Below, one piece after another: positions 55,695 to 64,000 of a stretch of 64,000 nt of DNA. Numbering within the stretch: the first letter of the stretch is position 1; each line of letters starts with the position of its first letter. The stretch is from Eledone cirrhosa. Its lineage: Eukaryota. The position numbers were made by a program, and so were the translations under genes. The notes under the pieces were generated by a model that saw nothing but the letters and a program-made list of their open reading frames with translations, searched no databases and was not told where the DNA came from. The stretch covers positions 30,566,001 to 30,630,000 of the forward strand of contig OZ024754.1 in the NCBI GenBank assembly GCA_964016885.1, written 5' to 3'.

Positions 55695-56302
55695 TGTCAG
55701 GTCACCAGTTGGTGCTACTGGTAACATGTATCCCAGTACAACCTGTCTCATGGTCGGGTTGTTGGCGACTAAACTGGCAACCCCACCAAGGTTTCTTGGT
55801 GAGGAGGGTAACTGGACATCCTGCAGGACTAAAAACAAAACCTGTCAAAGGGCAAAGGAGCTCTAAAGAGTCAATGGCCATCCAAAATCATTGGGAGAGA
55901 TGACTCCTTAGCCTTTGTCAAGGCAGAATTCTAGGAGAAGGAAAACTCTGATATAACACCTGCAACCCTGATGATATCCAACGATGTTGACTTGTTCTTC
56001 TTTTTGGTAAATATCATCTTGGTTAAGAGAGTGGGACTGGCTTTGTGCAGTGCCTTTGCTCACTATAAAAGCTTCACGGCACAAGCATTGCTTTATATCT
56101 GGAGATCTCTCTGCACTTGTCGTCACATGGAACCATGGGCCCAGCACTATGTGTCAATAATTGTCACAAATGTAGTGTTTCTACCAGAGTTTTCAAGTCG
56201 CTGGCTGGACTAAAAAGTCACACTCGTTCAGCGTATCGGTAGGGGTTCTCCTACATGGATGTAAAGTAGTGGCCGTACTCGAAATCGAGTTGGCAGCCAC
56301 CA
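55695..56302 (+). mobile_element. RTE-derived bipartite element
   Basis: Ends with [14 protein letters not shown] coding remnant, then ggccgtactcgaaatcgagttggcagccacc and (ATGT)n. Confidence 0.8.
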
Positions 56303-56759
56303 TGTATATATATGAATGTATTTATGTATGTTTGTACATACGTACTACGAATGTATGTATGTATGTATGTATGTATGCATGTATGTATGTATGTATGTAT
56401 GTATGTATGTATGTATGTTTGTATGTATGTATATGTATGAATGTATTTATGTATGTTTGTACATACGTACTACGAATGTACGAATGTATGTATGTATGTA
56501 TGTATGTATATATATTTGTATGAATGTATGTTTGTATGTATATATATATGTATGTACATAGGTATGTATATAAATACCTATGTATATATGTATGTATATA
56601 TATATGTATGTATGATGATGATGATAGTAATGATGGAAATGATGCTGATGCTGACAAAGAATGCTTTTTATGTAATCTAGAGTGAGGCAGGGAACTCAAC
56701 TATCAATGCAAGGTTAACAGAGAGTGTAAGAAGTGAAGTGTGGCTTTCAAATGAATCAG

Positions 56760-57070
56760 AATATTCTGGAGTGTAGGTAATTGTTCTTGAGCGGAGGTGA
56801 ATGTTTTGGAGTGGAAGTGAATGTTCTGGAGTGGAAGTGAATGTTCTGGAGTGGAAGTGAATGTTCTGGAGTGGAGGTGTATATTCTGGAGCTGAGGCGA
56901 ATGTTCTGGAGTGGAGACGAATGTTCTGGAGTGGAGGTGTATATTCTGGAGTGGAGGTGTATGTTCTGGAGTTGAGGTGTATGTTCTGAAGTGGAGGTGA
57001 ATGTTCTGGAGTACAAGTGAATGTTGTGGAGTGGAGTTGAATGTTTTGGAGTACAAGTGAATGTTGTGGA
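56760..57070. repeat. 20-bp minisatellite (atgttctggagtggaagtga), about 15 copies
   Basis: Seen directly. Confidence 0.92.
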
Positions 57071-57129
57071 GAGAGATACATTTCTATTAATCTTCCCTTT
57101 CACTGGATATATTTATGAATTAGATTGAA

Positions 57130-58680
57130 GCAGACCTCCAACATGGCTGTCCGTTTGTCAATATATCATCTAGAGAGAGATAAACTTCCATCATGGCTGC
57201 CTGCCTTTCAATATATCATCTAGAGAGAGATAGACCTCCAGCATGGCTGCCTGTTTCTCAATATATCATCTAGAGAGAGATAGACTTCCATCATGGCTGC
57301 CTGTTTCTCAATATATCATCTAGAGAGAGATAGACCTCCATCATGGCTGCCTGTTTCTCAATATATCATCTAGAGAGAGATAGACCTCCATCATGGCTGC
57401 CTGTTTCTCAATATATCATCTAGAGAGAGATAGACCTCCATCATGGCTGCCTGTTTCTCAATATATCATCTAGAGAGAGATAGACCTCCATCATGGCTGC
57501 CTGTTTCTCAATATATCATCTAGAGAGAGATAGACCTCCATCATGGCTGCCTGTTTCTCAATATATCATCTAGAGAGAGATAGACCTCCATCATGGCTGC
57601 CTGTTTCTCAATATATCATCTAGAGAGAGATAGACCTCCATCATGGCTGCCTGTTTCTCAATATATCATCTAGAGAGAGATAGACTTCCATCATGGCTGC
57701 CTGTTTCTCAATATATCATCTAGAGAGAGATAGACCTCCATTATGGCTGCCTGTTTCTCAATATATCATCTAGAGAGAGATAGACCTCCATCATGGCTGC
57801 CTGTTTCTCAATATATCATCTAGAGAGAGATAGACCTCCAGCATGGCTGTCTGTTTCTCAATATATCATCTAGAGAGAGATAGACTTCCATCATGGCTGC
57901 CTGTTTCTCAATATATCATCTAGAGAGAGATAGACCTCCATCATGGCTGTCTGTTTCTCAATATATCATCTAGAGAGAGATAGACCTCCATCATGGCTGC
58001 CTGTTTCTCAATATATCATCTAGAGAGAGATAGACCTCCATCATGGCTGTCTGTTTCTCAATATATCATCTAGAGAGAGATAGACCTCCATCATGGCTGT
58101 CTGTTTCTCAATATATCATCTAGAGAGAGATAGACCTCCAGCATGGCTGCCTGTTTCTCAATATATCATCTAGAGAGAGATAGACTTCCATCATGGCTGC
58201 CTGTTTCTCAATATATCATCTAGAGAGAGATAGACCTCCATCATGGCTGTCTGTTTCTCAATATATCATCTAGAGAGAGATAGACCTCCATCATGGCTGC
58301 CTGTTTCTCAATATATCATCTAGAGAGAGATAGACTTCCATCATGGCTGCCTGTTTCTCAATATATCATCTAGAGAGAGATAGACCTCCATCATGGCTGT
58401 CTGTTTCTCAATATATCATCTAGAGAGAGATAGACCTCCAGCATGGCTGCCTGTTTCTCAATATATCATCTAGAGAGAGATAGACTTCCATCATGGCTGC
58501 CTGTTTCTCAATATATCATCTAGAGAGAGATAGACTTCCATCATGGCTGCCTGTTTCTCAATATATCATCTAGAGAGAGATAGACCTCCAGCATGGCTGC
58601 CTGTTTCTCAATATATCATCTAGAGAGAGATAGACTTCCATCATGGCTGCCTGTTTCTCAATATATCATCATGGCTGTCT
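57130..58680. repeat. 50-bp minisatellite, about 31 copies
   Basis: tagagagagatagacctccatcatggctgcctgtttctcaatatatcatc with an exact 50-bp period. Confidence 0.97.
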
Positions 58681-59099
58681 CTCTGTTAATGTATATTATC
58701 TAGAGTCAGACCTCTGTCACGCCTAAGGATATATATTCCAGAAAGTGAGAGGAGGGAAGAAAGATAGAGAGAGACTGTGGTTTCATCAAACAGCTCCTGT
58801 CATCAGCAGGAACAAAAGCATCTCATTAAGAAACAAATCAGTATATTCTGTTGAGACTAAACAGTATTAATAACTGTAATCTTGACAACCATTCTAACAG
58901 CAACACCAACAAAATTTAAAACACCTGCATCATGCCATTTTATACATTAATAATAACATTCACACACTTTACTATATATGGTGTGTGTGTATATATATAT
59001 ATATGGTGTATATCATCATCACCATCATTAATGTTTAATGTCCCTTTTCCCACACTAGCATGGTTTAGAAGAGTTCTCCAGATCTGAGCTAACCTCCAT

Positions 59100-60723
<1,624 letters not shown>

Positions 60724-60726
60724 TTC

Positions 60727-63373
60727 AATAAATTTCAAAGCATATTACTTGATGCTTTCGACAGTAAGGAAGAACATTTAGAGTCGGACAATATAGAGGG
60801 ACAGTGGGAATTTCTGAAAGCAAACCTGCTGTTGGTGACAGACGAAGTCTGTAGCTGGAGCAGGCCTGTAGGCAGGAGGAGAGTAACATGGTGGTGGAAC
60901 AGTAAGGTGGAGGGGTCAATTAAGGCCAAAAAGCAGGCTTGGAAAGTATGGCGGGATGGGGGAAGTAGAGTAGACTATCAAGTGGCCAGGAGGGAAGCTA
61001 GGAGAGAAGTGTACTTAGCAAGAAGGGAAGCTGAGGAAAGAAAGTTCAAGCATGTTCTACAACGCGATGACCAAAAACGTGAGGTGTTCAGGATTGCTAG
61101 GCAATGCGTCAAGGAAAACCGTGATATTGTCGGGGAGAAGTGTGTACTTAACGATGATGGCATACTTGCCATCACCGACACTGATAAGAAGGTAGCTTGG
61201 AAGTGTCACTATGAAAGGCTACTAAATGAGGAGAATAAATGGGAGAAAGACAGTCTCCCCCATATCGACCCAATAGAGGGACCAGCAGTGTTAGTCGAGG
61301 GGAGTATAATAAGTAAGGCAATCAAGGATATGAAGACGGGTAAGGCGGCTGGGCCTTCGGAAATAGTTGCTGAGATGCTGAAGGCATCTGGCACGGTGGG
61401 ACACACCATGGTCACCCGCATAGTTAACCGAGTCGTACAGAATGGGGTTGTTCCGAAGGACTGGCATAGCAGCATCATCGTTAACTGTTATATGGGTAAA
61501 GGAGACGCCCTAGATAGGAGTAACTATAGAGGCATTAAATTAATCGACCAGGTCATGAAGGTCACGGAAAAAGTAATAGCGCAACTAATCAGAGAGAGAA
61601 TTGACCTAGATGAAATGCAGTTCGGGTTTGTGTCAGGCAAAAGTACCACAGACGCTCTTTTCATAGTACGACAACTACAGGAGAAGTACCTAGCAAAAGG
61701 TAAACCCCTCTACTTAGCTTTTGTCGACTTGGAGAAAGCCTTCGACAGAGTCCCCCGCTCCATTATCTGGTGGGCTCTTAGAAAACTAGGTGTTGACGAA
61801 TGGCTTGTGAGGGCTATACAAGCCATGTATAAAGAAACAGTCAGCAAGGTTAGAATTAACAACGAATATAGTGAAGAGTTTAGCGTAAAAGTTGGCGTCC
61901 ATCAGGGCTCTGTTCTCAGCCCCCTATTATTTATTATTGCTCTTCAGGCTATAACAGAGGAGTTCAAGACAGGCTGCCCATGGGAACTCCTATACGCAGA
62001 CGACCTGACACTCATAGCGGAATCAATGGCCGAGCTAGAGAAGAAATTCCAAACATGGAAGCACGGCCTAGAGTCAAAAGGACTTAAAATTAACCTGGCT
62101 AAGACCAAAGTTCTAGTTTGTAGGAAAGAAAACAAGGCGGCGGTCCCTTCTGGGAAATGGTCGTGCTTGGTGTGTAGGAAAGGCGTAGGTAGAAACTCCA
62201 TTTTATGTCCTAAATGCAAAGTATGGGTGCATAAAAGATGTAGTGGGATCACAGGTAAGCTAACTACGAACATAGATTTTACATGTGGCCGGTGTTCTGG
62301 TGCAATAAGTAGCAGCAAGTGCCCACAAAATACTAGCTCTTTCAATTGCGCAGAGGGTTCTATAGAAATAGTGGACAGCTTCCGTTACCTGGGCGATAAA
62401 ATCAGCAGTGGGGGAGGGTGCTCTGAAAGTACTGTAGCTAGAGTCAGAACTGGTTGGAAAAAGTTCAGAGAGCTTATACCACTATTAGCTGCTAAAGGGT
62501 TCTCCCTAAAAATGAAAGGCAGGTTGTACGATGCCTGCATACGAACAGTAATGTTGCATGGCAGTGAAACCTGGGCATTGTGTGCAGAGGATATACGCAG
62601 ACTAGAGAGGAACGAAGCTTGCATACTCCGCTGGATGTGTAACAGTAATATACGTGAACGGCAAAGCAGAAACGAACTAAGGAAAAAATTAGAGATAAGA
62701 GGGATCAGATGTTGTTTACTCGAGAGAAGGCTACGTTGGTATGGACACGTGATGCGCATGAAAGTCGATAGCTGTATAACAAAGTGCAGGGCAATAAAGA
62801 TAGACGGTAGTCACGGAATAGGCAGACCTAGAAAAACCTGGGACGAGCTGATAAACTCTGACATCACACACTTACACCTCTCCAAGACAATGTCACTGGA
62901 CCGAGACCTTTGGCGGTACTCAGTAACAGAGAAGACCCGCCTTACCTAAATATATATAGTAAAACCTACTCCAGCCAGTAGGCATCTCTAACAAAATACA
63001 CCCCGTCCCACCCCCACCACCCCCACCCCATCCACACCACCCCGTTCTATGTAAAGTTATGTTGGTGCCGCGCCATCCAGGCCGAAACAAATGAGATTGT
63101 GTAGGCCGAAACAAATGAGATCGTGTAGGTGTCACGACAAAAAAACACACAATCCACGCTGTAATGTGGCCGTGTAGGCAACACGGTAAAAACCTCCCAG
63201 ACCCACACTGTAAATGTGGTTGGTGTTAGGAAGGGCATCCAACTGTAGAAAACCTGCCAGACAGTCCTATGCGAGCAAGACAATCACTCTTGCCTCAAGT
63301 GGGACTACCCCCGTCCAAACCCATGCAAGCGTGGAACACGGACGTTAAACGTTGATGATGATGATGATGATGA
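60727..63373 (+). mobile_element. 5'-truncated RTE-clade LINE family A
   Basis: Long RT ORF, about 400-bp 3' UTR, (GAT)n tail, adjacent to (TA)n. Confidence 0.95.
60733..62949 (+). CDS. RTE ORF, partial: linker, reverse transcriptase, PHD-type finger, C-terminus; endonuclease lost
   Basis: [44 protein letters not shown]; frame is open upstream of the annotated start. Confidence 0.93.
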   Translation, partial: FQSILLDAFDSKEEHLESDNIEGQWEFLKANLLLVTDEVCSWSRPVGRRRVTWWWNSKVEGSIKAKKQAWKVWRDGGSRVDYQVARREARREVYLARREAEERKFKHVLQRDDQKREVFRIARQCVKENRDIVGEKCVLNDDGILAITDTDKKVAWKCHYERLLNEENKWEKDSLPHIDPIEGPAVLVEGSIISKAIKDMKTGKAAGPSEIVAEMLKASGTVGHTMVTRIVNRVVQNGVVPKDWHSSIIVNCYMGKGDALDRSNYRGIKLIDQVMKVTEKVIAQLIRERIDLDEMQFGFVSGKSTTDALFIVRQLQEKYLAKGKPLYLAFVDLEKAFDRVPRSIIWWALRKLGVDEWLVRAIQAMYKETVSKVRINNEYSEEFSVKVGVHQGSVLSPLLFIIALQAITEEFKTGCPWELLYADDLTLIAESMAELEKKFQTWKHGLESKGLKINLAKTKVLVCRKENKAAVPSGKWSCLVCRKGVGRNSILCPKCKVWVHKRCSGITGKLTTNIDFTCGRCSGAISSSKCPQNTSSFNCAEGSIEIVDSFRYLGDKISSGGGCSESTVARVRTGWKKFRELIPLLAAKGFSLKMKGRLYDACIRTVMLHGSETWALCAEDIRRLERNEACILRWMCNSNIRERQSRNELRKKLEIRGIRCCLLERRLRWYGHVMRMKVDSCITKCRAIKIDGSHGIGRPRKTWDELINSDITHLHLSKTMSLDRDLWRYSVTEKTRLT

Positions 63374-63672
63374 TATATATGAAATATAACATTTCTCCAC
63401 ACACAGACTATATCAATCATATAAAGAATTTATCATATAAAGAATGTGCGTGCCACACATATAACATTTGCACTATATAACCGCTTATCTTCATGTTGTA
63501 TTTTAACCTGTATTTTTGATTTTTGATTGTACCTCTTAATATGAATGTAATCTCGAAGTGTGTACTGCCACTCTAAATTCTGCAATGAATGTTGACCCAC
63601 AATATTTGCATATGTATCGGTATGTCTCTTGGCTGAAAAGGAGGTCATATAACTGTCCATGCATTAATAAAT

Positions 63673-63719
63673 TGCTCCGAAGAATCCAAACCTCGGTTTG
63701 GAGGAAACAGCTGTAAGCA
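63673..63719 (+). ncRNA. Minimal hammerhead-like motif, U4C variant
   Basis: tgct-CCGAAGA-atccaaac(ctcg)gtttggag-GAAA-cagctg-TA-agca; palindromic acagctgt. Confidence 0.7.
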
Positions 63720-63925
63720 CAATAATGTTTTGAACAGTTCTTTGATTCTTATATTTCATATAACTGCTCTGTAAATCATCTGATGTTTTTATATTGAGCT
63801 ACTTAACTTACTGGTAATAAGGTAGTAATACATTACTGCCTACCACTATTTAGGGTGTGTATAAAAAATACTTATAACTGCATAAGGTTTTGTATTTACA
63901 TAACCATAAATAGTATAACTAATAC

Positions 63926-63957
<32 letters not shown>

Positions 63958-63963
63958 TTTATA

Positions 63964-64000
<37 letters not shown>

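Noticed and set aside
55695-55785. HDV-like ribozyme at the bipartite element 5' end
   Set aside because: P4 and J4/2-like part present, but P1 and P1.1 could not be assigned
57130-58680. CRISPR-like regular arrays (also 35930-36465)
   Set aside because: No unique spacers, no cas genes, eukaryotic context
58775-58815. CTGATGA...GAAA on the minus strand
   Set aside because: No stem I pairing

Overview
AT-rich, microsatellite-saturated animal genomic DNA, most likely octopus or another coleoid cephalopod (inferred from the SINE/RTE repertoire and (TA)n density, not verified). Almost all ORFs in the track are microsatellite read-throughs. Real content: a 5'-truncated RTE-clade LINE with an open RT+PHD ORF (60.7-63.4 kb), many RTE and CR1 fragments, two tRNA-derived SINE families, RTE-derived bipartite elements, TA- and TTAA-type MITEs, several minisatellites, and a few candidate host exons (best: a minus-strand pair at 15.2-15.45 kb). 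The most striking signal is about 15 type-I hammerhead ribozyme (HHR) motifs from roughly 9 unrelated sequence families. They lie in short ORF-less cassettes inserted in (TA)n tracts. Many cassettes are fold-back palindromes (one short arm, one long arm with a tail) whose turn point is in or next to the ribozyme. They are best explained as Penelope-like pLTR derivatives. All structures were folded by eye and most element boundaries are approximate.
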